Below are positions 27,115 to 36,202 of a stretch of DNA of 56,596 bases, in pieces. The position numbers were made by a program, and so were the translations under genes. The stretch comes from a virus (lineage: Duplodnaviria > Caudoviricetes). Below the pieces are notes generated by a model, which was not told where the DNA came from, ran no database searches, and was given only the letters and a program-made list of their open reading frames with translations. Location of the stretch: IMG/VR virus record IMGVR_UViG_3300042292_000782, positions 1-56,596 of that record; one strand, given 5' to 3'. Every line of letters begins with the position of its first letter. The first letter of the stretch is position 1.

Positions 27115-27407
27115 TTATGCAATTAACGATAGACCAATACAATGAAATCTACGGAACAGACATTAAAGAATTTACGCAAATCGAATTTACTGACTATATC
27201 GCATTTTTGATGGAGCAAGTAAAACTAAATTCTAGCGACACTGATAATTTTATTAACTTTAAAAATTAGTTTGAATAATTTTAAAATAAAGATATAATTA
27301 TAACGCTATCATAGTAATATGGTAGTAATTTTAGGTGTATCGGTTCACCTTTAGAGATAAACCTCAAACCTAGTTTTAATACTAATCGTAATTATAGGTA
27401 TACTAAT

Positions 27408-28340
27408 ATGGCAACAAATAGAACTTTTGATATGAATGCGCTAAGAGCTCGCTTCAAATCTAACGCACGCACCACAACACGCAGCAACTCTCCTTCTGAT
27501 TCCAGATATTATCCATTCTTTTTAGCTGAAGTAGGTACTGAATCAATTGTTAGGTTCCTTCCAGATAAAAACGAAGACAATCAATGGTTTTTTCTTGAAC
27601 GTGATCTTCATCAAATTCCAGTAAACGGTGAAATTAAAAAAGTACCATGTCTTAAAATGTATGGTCATTCATCGTGTCCGATATGTGAATCTAGTAGATT
27701 ACACTATAAGAAAGAGGGTAAGCAATCTGCAACAGGTAAACAACTTTACCGTAAGCGTGATTGGTTAGCTCAAGTTTATGTTAAAAAAGATGCACTCCCG
27801 ATGAATGCTGAAGCTAATGAAAATTTCGAAGGTAAAGTAAAAGCTGTGGTTGTAACATCACAGGTTTATGAAGCTATCGATATTTCATTAGAAGATGTTG
27901 ATGAGCCACCACATTTGTATAAAGGTGGTTGTGATTTCATTATTCGTCCAACACAAGACGGTAATTATAGAAGTTACGTGAGAAGCCGCTTTGCAAAAGC
28001 TCCGTCTGATTTAGACGATGATATTATCGATTATATCGAAGAAAATATTGTCGACTTAAAAACATTGTTACCAGCTGAACCTAACATTGACGAAATAAAC
28101 GGTTATCTAACTTCATTTTTAAGTGGATCTGAATATGCTCCCGCGAATGAAAATCATGAGACTCACGAATCCGTATCGTCGACATCTGATTTATTACAAG
28201 CTACGGCTACTGTTTCAAAACCTGTTGCGCAACCTGCACCTGCTGCAGCTGTATCAATATCTAGCAACGATGAAGACGAAGAAGCAGAAGCGGTGTTAGA
28301 ACGCATGCGTCAAGCAAGACGTGCTCGTTCAGCCGGTTAA
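27408..28340 (+). CDS. Single-stranded DNA-binding protein (T4 gp32-like)
   Basis: IVRFLPD, H...PCLKMYG..CPICE, GCDFII, Y..S.F, acidic tail. Confidence 0.88.
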   Translation: MATNRTFDMNALRARFKSNARTTTRSNSPSDSRYYPFFLAEVGTESIVRFLPDKNEDNQWFFLERDLHQIPVNGEIKKVPCLKMYGHSSCPICESSRLHYKKEGKQSATGKQLYRKRDWLAQVYVKKDALPMNAEANENFEGKVKAVVVTSQVYEAIDISLEDVDEPPHLYKGGCDFIIRPTQDGNYRSYVRSRFAKAPSDLDDDIIDYIEENIVDLKTLLPAEPNIDEINGYLTSFLSGSEYAPANENHETHESVSSTSDLLQATATVSKPVAQPAPAAAVSISSNDEDEEAEAVLERMRQARRARSAG

Positions 28341-28351
28341 CATTTTTAATT

Positions 28352-28381
28352 TAGTGTGCACTAACATGTTAGTGCACACTA
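28352..28381. terminator. Perfect 30-bp palindrome / terminator after the SSB gene
   Basis: TAGTGTGCACTAACATGTTAGTGCACACTA followed by TTTT. Confidence 0.65.
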
Positions 28382-28397
28382 TTTTGGAGGTTATAGT

Positions 28398-28569
28398 GTT
28401 AACAGATTTAAGAAATTTTATTTTATGGGTCGTTTTTATATGTTTAGTAATTGGAATTATTGATACTATTGTGTATAAAAAACCACGAGATAATGAAACA
28501 GAAAATATAATTATTAGACCAAGCTACGACCATAGCTTGTGGATAGTAATAACAGGCAAACAGGAATAG
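28398..28569 (+). CDS. Small membrane protein (start approximate)
   Basis: GGAGG RBS; hydrophobic FILWVVFICLVIGII. Confidence 0.5.
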
Positions 28570-28571
28570 CT

Positions 28572-28946
28572 ATGAAATTTACAGTATCAGATGTTGTAGA
28601 AATGGGACATAGTAAGTATATTGGTGGATCAGTTAAAATTGATTTAACATTTGAACATGTTGTTGATCCAAAACCTTATTTACAAATTATTGATTCACTA
28701 GATCATTGTTTAATTACAGATAGTACCGAAATGGCTTATTATAGTTTAAGACATTTCTTGATAGATGAATCAAAAAATATTTTTTATGATGTGTGCGGAG
28801 TAATTAAGCACATGCTAAAAGAAAATAACCTTAGTGTGTATGATACACCTTCAGAAATTACTGTAACGTTATGTAAGGGATCGTTAGTCGGTCAAACTAG
28901 CTATACAGGCTACCCTACAGTTATCAGCTACCACATCGAAGGTTAA
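28572..28946 (+). CDS. Degenerate QueD/PTPS-like T-fold protein
   Basis: E.GH near the N-terminus and IIDSLDHCLI resemble QueD; adjacent to queD. Confidence 0.45.
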   Translation: MKFTVSDVVEMGHSKYIGGSVKIDLTFEHVVDPKPYLQIIDSLDHCLITDSTEMAYYSLRHFLIDESKNIFYDVCGVIKHMLKENNLSVYDTPSEITVTLCKGSLVGQTSYTGYPTVISYHIEG

Positions 28947-28951
28947 AAGTC

Positions 28952-29590
28952 ATGTTAATTAGAAAACAATTTCAGTTCAATAATATGCATATCGTTAGAA
29001 ACTGCTCTAGCGAGCGCTGCAAACGTAGCATACATTCTCATACATATTCCGTTGAAGTGGTATTATCGGGTGATAAACTGGATAATGGTCAAATGTTAAT
29101 GGATTTTGGTCTATTTAAAACTACTATCGGTGAATTTGTTAAGTCGTTTGATAACGCTTATACAATTTGGAATGCTGAACCTGAATCATTTAAAGAAATG
29201 GTATCTAGACATTGTCCACGTGTTATTATTACACCAACCTCACCTAGTGCTGAAGCGTTATCGTTAACATTTTATCATGTCATTGATGCAATTCTTAAAA
29301 ATACTCAGTTTAATAATGGTGAATCATCCTCATCGTTTAAATTGCATTCAGTTCGTGTACATGAAACGACCTCAGGTTGGGCTGAAGCGTCTGATAAAAC
29401 CTGGGGATCGCAGAACGGTCTTTGGGATTATGATGTGTCAGATGTCAAAATTAGTGATGCAATTGTACAATCGTGGAAAGATCCAGAATTTTGGAATAAG
29501 TTATTAAATTCTATACCTTATGTGAACCCTGTTGTAGAACAACAGATTATTGTATTAAATAGTAATGTTTCACAATTAGAGTTAGTTTAA
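28952..29590 (+). CDS. queD: 6-carboxytetrahydropterin synthase QueD
   Basis: H.VRNCSS.RC..SIHSH.Y, MLMDFG, PSAE, VRVHET. Confidence 0.85.
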   Translation: MLIRKQFQFNNMHIVRNCSSERCKRSIHSHTYSVEVVLSGDKLDNGQMLMDFGLFKTTIGEFVKSFDNAYTIWNAEPESFKEMVSRHCPRVIITPTSPSAEALSLTFYHVIDAILKNTQFNNGESSSSFKLHSVRVHETTSGWAEASDKTWGSQNGLWDYDVSDVKISDAIVQSWKDPEFWNKLLNSIPYVNPVVEQQIIVLNSNVSQLELV

Positions 29591-29689
29591 TAGTGTAGTG
29601 TTTAAGATTTGCAATTACTCTCTTGTATAATAAATACAAAGCATGTCAAACGACTTGATGTGTATTCAAAAATATAAGGGAGTAGTAAT

Positions 29690-29989
29690 ATGGCGGAGAA
29701 CCAATCAAATTCATCAGTTGATTATGTAGATATACTCGACGATGCAGATAATGACGATGAAGTTAGTTCTAAAGAAGGATGTTATGGTCAACCTTCTGTT
29801 GTTAGACTTAGTAAAGGTGATGTAATTGTGGTACGTGTGAATCGTGGCGAATTAACCGCTGCTAAATTTCATACGTTAGCTGAACAAACAGCTGCTAAAT
29901 TTAAAGCTGTTTTTCCAAGTAACAATATTCTTGTTATACCCGATTCAACCAATTTTACAGTAGTAAAACAACCTGAGGTACATGTATGA
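29690..29989 (+). CDS. Hypothetical protein
   Basis: 99 aa ORF, GGAG RBS, TAAATA at 29631. Confidence 0.6.
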   Translation: MAENQSNSSVDYVDILDDADNDDEVSSKEGCYGQPSVVRLSKGDVIVVRVNRGELTAAKFHTLAEQTAAKFKAVFPSNNILVIPDSTNFTVVKQPEVHV

Positions 29990-30258
29990 ACGACACACCT
30001 AACTTTGAATTTTTAAATTGTGCAATTAAGCATTACGCTTGTTATTCGTTTATGCATTACAAAAACATAACAATTGATGATAAAGCTGTTGCAGCTGTTT
30101 TAAAATTAGTCACCCCTACCTATGTAGCAGATCTAAACACCGTAGTTAGTACAGATGGTTTGAATTTGTATGTATATCACAGTTTAAGTAAAATCCTGAA
30201 AGATGAAGCAACATTCTTACCATTAACATTTTGGAACACAAACGGAATAGTAACTTAG
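29986..30258 (+). CDS. Hypothetical protein
   Basis: 90 aa ORF, ATGA overlap. Confidence 0.55.
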   Translation: MNDTPNFEFLNCAIKHYACYSFMHYKNITIDDKAVAAVLKLVTPTYVADLNTVVSTDGLNLYVYHSLSKILKDEATFLPLTFWNTNGIVT

Positions 30259-30406
30259 TTATTCTTTATAGCATACATTGCTATACTGTTCCTTAATGTA
30301 TCCTGCGGGAGATTCAATGAGAATATTTTTTTAATATCTTGTATTAGTGTTAACCACTCATTGAATCTCCTTTATTTAACATTAAGAATTTAATAGGTAG
30401 TTGGCA

Positions 30407-31525
30407 ATGGATTTTTTAAAAGATTTCAAAAAAACGGTTAGTAAAATGGAAGGTGTGAGTACTGATACCTCACCTCCTAGATATTGGTTTGGATCAGGAA
30501 ATTACGTTTTAAATAAAATAGTAAGTGGTGATTTTAATCATTGTATACCTCAAGGTCGCGTAACAGGGTTAGCAGGTCCATCTGGTGCAGGTAAAAGTTT
30601 CTTATTAGCTAACTTTATTAAACAAGCACAAAAAGAAGGTGCTTTTATTCTATTGTTAGATAGTGAAGGAGCTTTTGATACACAATTTGCATCAGCTATT
30701 GGTATTGATACAGAAGATCCAAATTATTTTCCAATTCAAGTTACAACAATCCCACAAGTAATCAAAATCGTTAGTTCGTATATTAAAGGTTATAGAAAAG
30801 ATTACGGAGATGATGTCGAAGCTCCTAAAGTGCTAATTGCAATCGATAGTTGTGATATGCTTCAAACTGAAACAGAAGCAGATAAGTACGAAAAAGGTGA
30901 CGCTAATGCTGATCAAGGTCAACACCCTAAACAAATTAAACAAATGCTAAAAACATTTGTTGGTGATGTTAAAGGTTTGAATATCAGTATGATTGTTACC
31001 AAACAAGTTTATGCAGCTTCACGTGATCAGCTAATGAAGGGTGAAGGAGCTTGGGTGGTTAATGATGCTATTCGGTATAGCTTGTCACAAATCATTTTAA
31101 TTACAAAATTAAAATTAAAAGGCGTTACAGCTGATGATGGCGTTACCGGTATTCGTATGAAATGTGAAGCGTTTAAAACAAGATTTACAAAACCCTTTCA
31201 AACAGTTACCGTTGAAGTACCATATGATACAGGTATGAACCCGTTAAGTGGTTTATCAGATGTAGCTGTCGGGTTAGGTGTTTTGAAAAAAGCAGGTTCG
31301 TATGTTTATATCGACGGCGATGAAAAAAATAAATGGTATGCAAGAGATATTGCACTACATGCTGAACAAATTATTGCTAAATGTGATGAACGTACAAACG
31401 TATTCTTACAAATTTCAAAAGAAGATGAAGAATTAGAGGAAATTCCGGTACCAGCCGCTGTTTATGTACCTCTTACAAGTTCAACAGACACTACTGGATA
31501 TGATGATGATTTCATTATAGAATAA
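30407..31525 (+). CDS. uvsX: RecA-like recombinase UvsX
   Basis: GNYVLN..VSG, AGPSGAGKS, LDSEGA, IDS, KTRF.KPF..V.V.VPY..G. Confidence 0.9.
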   Translation: MDFLKDFKKTVSKMEGVSTDTSPPRYWFGSGNYVLNKIVSGDFNHCIPQGRVTGLAGPSGAGKSFLLANFIKQAQKEGAFILLLDSEGAFDTQFASAIGIDTEDPNYFPIQVTTIPQVIKIVSSYIKGYRKDYGDDVEAPKVLIAIDSCDMLQTETEADKYEKGDANADQGQHPKQIKQMLKTFVGDVKGLNISMIVTKQVYAASRDQLMKGEGAWVVNDAIRYSLSQIILITKLKLKGVTADDGVTGIRMKCEAFKTRFTKPFQTVTVEVPYDTGMNPLSGLSDVAVGLGVLKKAGSYVYIDGDEKNKWYARDIALHAEQIIAKCDERTNVFLQISKEDEELEEIPVPAAVYVPLTSSTDTTGYDDDFIIE

Positions 31526-31579
31526 GGTTTTTAAAAATGAGTGCTTTCAATGGAAGCACTCGTCTTTTATGGTACAAAT

Positions 31580-32041
31580 ATGCATGGAATTGATTTAATA
31601 AAAAAAGATATCAATAATCTCGATAGGGTTATCGAGGTATATCAGGGTTATCTTGATGATGTTGAGCAAATCATTGAGACAAAAGGTAAAACATTAAGTG
31701 TAGCAAACGCTGAACATGCTGGTTGGGTTTACTATTTTCTTGTTAAAGCAAATGAAGTTAAAACGATGTACAACTACATGGAAATTATACATGATGAAGT
31801 GCATGGCAGATTATGGCAAAAATATACAGAAAAAATGGATAGAGCTTTATCACCTAAAGATAAAGAATGCTATATTAAACATGACCCGACGTATTTGAAC
31901 GTGTTAGAGCAAATACGTAAAGTAGAAGAGTTAGTAGGTTTGTACAAAAGTGTAACTACTGCTTTTGAATCAAGAGGTTATGTGTTAAAAAATATAACAG
32001 GTGCGGTATTAGCAGATAAAAATAATTTTCTAATCAACTAG
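31580..32041 (+). CDS. uvsY: Recombination mediator UvsY-like
   Basis: Helical protein with KYTE...RALS..D...YI motif, located between uvsX and uvsW. Confidence 0.65.
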   Translation: MHGIDLIKKDINNLDRVIEVYQGYLDDVEQIIETKGKTLSVANAEHAGWVYYFLVKANEVKTMYNYMEIIHDEVHGRLWQKYTEKMDRALSPKDKECYIKHDPTYLNVLEQIRKVEELVGLYKSVTTAFESRGYVLKNITGAVLADKNNFLIN

Positions 32042-32053
32042 GGTATATTGGGA

Positions 32054-34081
32054 ATGGCGATTGATTCAAAAGTAAACGTAACGATACACGATGAGGTTAA
32101 TTGTACATTTACCGGTATATTAAGACAGCATTTAGATTTTCTAAACGACCGGTACGCAGTGTTTGTTGAAGGATTTAAGTATATGCCATTGTACCAAATT
32201 GGTGCGTGGGACGGTAAAATAAGATTTTTTAACACTACAGGTATCACGTACGTTTATTTGGTACCTGAAATTGTCACATCGTTGCGTAGTTTAGGATATA
32301 AACATATTGACATTATAGATAACAGACGTGGAATGTTTTACGATGTTATTCCAGATGTTACAAAAGATTATTTTAGTCATATTACTAATCCAAAAAATGG
32401 ACAACCATATGAGTTAACAGACCATCAAATTGAAGCAGCTAATACTATGCTTTCAGCTGGTAGTGGTATAGCGTTAGCTGGTACAGGTTTTGGAAAGGCG
32501 CAACCGTATAGTTGTAAAATCATGACACCATACGGCTGGTCTACAATGGGAGATATTCAACCTGGTGACCTAGTATGTACTCCTAAAAATACAATAGCTC
32601 AAGTAATAGATACATTTGAACAAGGTGTTACAGATGTATATAAAATCACAATGTCAGATGGTACATTTACATATGCACACCCTGACCATATCTGGATGAT
32701 ATCGAACCCTGATCTCGCAAAAGCGTCAGTTGTAGTTAATTCAAAATACACAAAATTAACAACACTAGAGCTTAAAGCACAAGTTGAAAAACGTATTACG
32801 TGGATACCAGCGTTACCAGTTGCAATAAGCTTATCTAAAACCGAACTTGAAATACACCCATATATTTTAGGTAGTATTCTTCCATTTGTACGATGTGAAA
32901 ACACAAATTTGTATATTGATGTAGCTTGCACGTTTTCAAAATATGAGTATACTTTTGAGCATATTAATAAAGTTCTAAGAACATATGGAATAACATTACG
33001 TAAAATATCAAATGCATATCAAAAAGAAAGAATACTACTTACTGCAAAGAAGGGACGAGGCAACAAAGCGTTGCAGTTTGTAAGAAAATGTATGAAAAAA
33101 AGGTATCGTATACCACATGAGTATATTTTTGGTACATCTGAAGATCGTTTGTTATTTTTACAAGGTATGTGTGATATTAGTGGGTATATGTCCAATATAG
33201 GTGACCTCACTATTGTTGTAGCTACTAGCTTAGCGTTAGTAGAACAAATAACAGAAATGCTATTAATGCAAGGTAGTATTCTTCGGTACCCAAGTGAATG
33301 TAGATCTCATATTGCGTACACAATGTATTTTAGACATAGAGTCCCAGGTTTATTCTTCTTAAATCCAGCTAAAAAAATTAATTGGATTAAAGCAAATGAT
33401 GATATGGTGAATGAAAAAACACGTCAAGCGTTATACCGTACAGTTAAAACCGTTGAGCTCGTAGATCAAGAACCAACAAAATGTATATACATAGATGACC
33501 TTGATCATTTGTATATAACAGATGGATGTATTATTACTCATAATACTATTTTAAATGCTGCTCTTGTTGATAAATATCGACGGCACGGATGTAAAACGCT
33601 AACTATTGTACCAGCCGCATCGTTAGTAACACAAACAATAAAGCAGTTTAATATATTAGAGTTAGATGTTTCACATTTTAATTCTAATAACCCAAGTTTA
33701 GATCATGATCATATCATCACGACCTGGCAAACATTACAAAATTACCCACTACTCATTAATGAGTTTCAAATGGTAGTGGTAGATGAATGTTTATCTGAAA
33801 ATACTAATATAACATTAGCTAATGGTGATAAAAAAGAGATAAAAGATATTAAAGTTGGTGAAAAAATAATATCATATAATGAAGATTTACGTATTTTTGA
33901 AGAAGATGATGTAGTTCAAGTTTATATGAATTTATTAAAATCCATTGATGCTAAAATGTATTCTTTGGAGTTTGATAACGGTGAGGTAGTAGAGGTTACA
34001 GGTAATCATTTGTTTCTAACGAATGATGGATTTATTAGGGCGGATGAACTCAAGGATGAACATGAAATAATTAGTTATTGA
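32054..34081 (+). CDS. uvsW: UvsW-like SF2 helicase, N-terminal part, with a cis intein and the N-half of a split intein
   Basis: WDGKIRFF, L...Q, GTGFGK|intein|T, TWQ, VVVDE|CLSENT... Confidence 0.88.
   Translation: MAIDSKVNVTIHDEVNCTFTGILRQHLDFLNDRYAVFVEGFKYMPLYQIGAWDGKIRFFNTTGITYVYLVPEIVTSLRSLGYKHIDIIDNRRGMFYDVIPDVTKDYFSHITNPKNGQPYELTDHQIEAANTMLSAGSGIALAGTGFGKAQPYSCKIMTPYGWSTMGDIQPGDLVCTPKNTIAQVIDTFEQGVTDVYKITMSDGTFTYAHPDHIWMISNPDLAKASVVVNSKYTKLTTLELKAQVEKRITWIPALPVAISLSKTELEIHPYILGSILPFVRCENTNLYIDVACTFSKYEYTFEHINKVLRTYGITLRKISNAYQKERILLTAKKGRGNKALQFVRKCMKKRYRIPHEYIFGTSEDRLLFLQGMCDISGYMSNIGDLTIVVATSLALVEQITEMLLMQGSILRYPSECRSHIAYTMYFRHRVPGLFFLNPAKKINWIKANDDMVNEKTRQALYRTVKTVELVDQEPTKCIYIDDLDHLYITDGCIITHNTILNAALVDKYRRHGCKTLTIVPAASLVTQTIKQFNILELDVSHFNSNNPSLDHDHIITTWQTLQNYPLLINEFQMVVVDECLSENTNITLANGDKKEIKDIKVGEKIISYNEDLRIFEEDDVVQVYMNLLKSIDAKMYSLEFDNGEVVEVTGNHLFLTNDGFIRADELKDEHEIISY
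32498..33544 (+). mobile_element. Class-3 intein (Ala1) with a LAGLIDADG-like remnant, inserted in Walker A
   Basis: Starts AQP, block B HPDHIW, block F KCIYID..DHLY, ends ITHN|T; internal PYILG and FLQGMCDISG. Confidence 0.85.
33788..34078 (+). mobile_element. Split intein N-half (97 aa)
   Basis: CLSENTNITLANG.KKEIKDIKVGE...EVTGNHLFLT..G...ADEL...HEII, then a stop codon. Confidence 0.88.
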
Positions 34082-34091
34082 GGTAATACCG

Positions 34092-34343
34092 ATGTCACGA
34101 TCAATCGTTAGTGTTAAAAGATATGAACCGGGAATGGAAGATGGCTTTATGGTAGTAAGCAATTATAAACGATATAAAACTTTACCAAACCCTAATTGTA
34201 GTACAAAGCTAATGTTGGTTCCGTATATATTTGATTCAGATGGTAATAAAAATATCATTCGTGAGGGTGATTTAATATCTATAATTAACGATGATAAACG
34301 AATTTATCATATCGTCCCCAATAAATTTAAAAAATACGCATGA
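34092..34343 (+). CDS. Small ORF between the split-intein halves
   Basis: 83 aa ORF, GAGG RBS; its TGA overlaps the ATG of the IntC gene. Confidence 0.65.
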   Translation: MSRSIVSVKRYEPGMEDGFMVVSNYKRYKTLPNPNCSTKLMLVPYIFDSDGNKNIIREGDLISIINDDKRIYHIVPNKFKKYA

Positions 34344-35245
34344 AATTAATTAACCGTGTTGAGATCTCTAAACCAGAGGTTGTTTATAATTTACAAGTTA
34401 AGAAAAACCACAACTATATTGCTAATAGCGCAGTTGTAAGCAATTGTCATGGGTCAAAAGCAACAAAATTATTTCAATTATTGACTGAACACGGTAAAAA
34501 TTTAGTACACCGGTACGGGCTAACAGGTACATTACCCGCACCGGAAGCTGATAAACTAAACGTACATGTAGCATTAGGTGCAGTGCTTTGCGAATATTCA
34601 GCGTTTTCTCTAATTCAAAAAGGTTGGTTAGCGACTCTAAACATCAATGTTATTCAATTAAATGATATCCAATATTTGATTGATAGGGGGTTACCCGAAG
34701 AATATGTGTTTAAAATGATGTACGAAGAGGAAAATAATTTTTGTAAAACCAATGTAACGAGACAAAAATGGATATCTAAGTTTATTGGTGGAAATAGAGA
34801 TAATAATAAACTCGGAAATACACTGGTATTAGTTAATAATATTAAGTACGGTAGACAATTAAGCAAACAGATAGAAGGTTCATACTTCTTAAATGGCGCT
34901 GATGATGTTAAAGTTCGCGATGAAGTCTATAGTATGTTTGAACGTAATGATGACCTTATCGTCATTTGTACTAAGCAAATCGCTGGTGTGGGATTATCAA
35001 TTGATAGGATTTTTAATTTAATTTTCATAGACAGTGGAAAATCTTTTGTAGTTACTATACAATCAATTGGTAGAGGACTAAGAAAAGGTAAAGATAAAGA
35101 TTCTGTTAATGTCATTGATATTTGCAGCAATCTTTCAACTGCTCCAAGTCGTATGAAAAAACGTATTTCCTACTATAAAACAGCACATTATCCTTATAAA
35201 GTAATCAAAATGGATTATTCTAAAGAGGTCGATGACGACGAATGA
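34340..35245 (+). CDS. uvsW: Split intein C-half (35 aa) fused to the C-terminal part of the UvsW-like helicase
   Basis: MKLINRVEI...VYNLQVKKNHNYIANSAVVSN|CH, then GLTGT, QSIGRGLR. Confidence 0.9.
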   Translation: MKLINRVEISKPEVVYNLQVKKNHNYIANSAVVSNCHGSKATKLFQLLTEHGKNLVHRYGLTGTLPAPEADKLNVHVALGAVLCEYSAFSLIQKGWLATLNINVIQLNDIQYLIDRGLPEEYVFKMMYEEENNFCKTNVTRQKWISKFIGGNRDNNKLGNTLVLVNNIKYGRQLSKQIEGSYFLNGADDVKVRDEVYSMFERNDDLIVICTKQIAGVGLSIDRIFNLIFIDSGKSFVVTIQSIGRGLRKGKDKDSVNVIDICSNLSTAPSRMKKRISYYKTAHYPYKVIKMDYSKEVDDDE

Positions 35246-35269
35246 TATTTCTTTAAGCGAAGGTGAATA

Positions 35270-35761
35270 ATGATATTGCATGATGAGAATGGAAGCCCCT
35301 TAGTAATCAATAATATATACGATAAAATTACAACCAATTATGCATGGTGCCTTGATTTAAAATCGCAAGATTTTACAATTAATTATTTTAAGGTTGTTGA
35401 GGAGTGTACATGTAATACGGTTACAATACGTGTTAACGGTCAATATATTGATTTACCATCTTACTGGTATGTTTTAGTATGTGATCCAGAAACAACTCAA
35501 CTCGATACAGTACCTGTTGGTAATTTATCTAACAATACGTTTTACGCGTTTGTTTACGGATCAACAATAGCTGTACCCGAATATTTACAAATTGACGTTG
35601 TTGATTGGAAAGCGCGTTGTATACATACATACCCAACACATTCAAGAGGTATTATGCTATGTCTTGATGTTGGTGATAGTAAATGGATAACATGTTCTTT
35701 TTCTGATACGTATACTAGGTTTTTAAAAAATAAAATATCAGGTGATTTAACCGGTTACTAA
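35270..35761 (+). CDS. Conserved phage hypothetical protein
   Basis: 163 aa ORF downstream of uvsW. Confidence 0.6.
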   Translation: MILHDENGSPLVINNIYDKITTNYAWCLDLKSQDFTINYFKVVEECTCNTVTIRVNGQYIDLPSYWYVLVCDPETTQLDTVPVGNLSNNTFYAFVYGSTIAVPEYLQIDVVDWKARCIHTYPTHSRGIMLCLDVGDSKWITCSFSDTYTRFLKNKISGDLTGY

Positions 35762-35830
35762 AATATAACTTGAAAAAACACCGTTTAAATATTACAATAT
35801 TGTAATATTATAAAATAAGTGGACACTGTT

Positions 35831-36202
35831 ATGAAAAAACCAAGTAAAAAAACAAATTATATTTCTGTTAGTGAATTTAAAAGCTGGATGTCCGGCGTTG
35901 AAGATATGCAAGATACCGGTTGGGTACCAAGCAAACCTCAATGGGAAAGAATTAAATCAAAAATTGCATTATTGTCAGACGAAATGGTTGAAAAATATGA
36001 ACAAGTTTATGACCCTGCTCAACCTCCAGCTATTACTCAGCAATATCAGTATAATCCTCCAACATACCAAAGCACACCAATGGGTGTAGAATTATCTACA
36101 CAAGCTGCAACGTATTATGAACCACAACAGTTTGTAACACCACAATTTAACGCAAATGATAATATTGCTTATATGTCTGGAGAAAAATTAGACTTTTTAT
36201 GA
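35831..36202 (+). CDS. Hypothetical protein
   Basis: EFKSWMSGVE...W.P...QW.RI, Gln/Pro-rich tail. Confidence 0.6.
   Translation: MKKPSKKTNYISVSEFKSWMSGVEDMQDTGWVPSKPQWERIKSKIALLSDEMVEKYEQVYDPAQPPAITQQYQYNPPTYQSTPMGVELSTQAATYYEPQQFVTPQFNANDNIAYMSGEKLDFL

Noticed and set aside
34079-34339. Group I/II intron or pseudogenisation of uvsW
   Set aside because: Both sides carry complete intein half-motifs, and the gap is filled by an ORF with an RBS and translational coupling; no intron core is recognisable.
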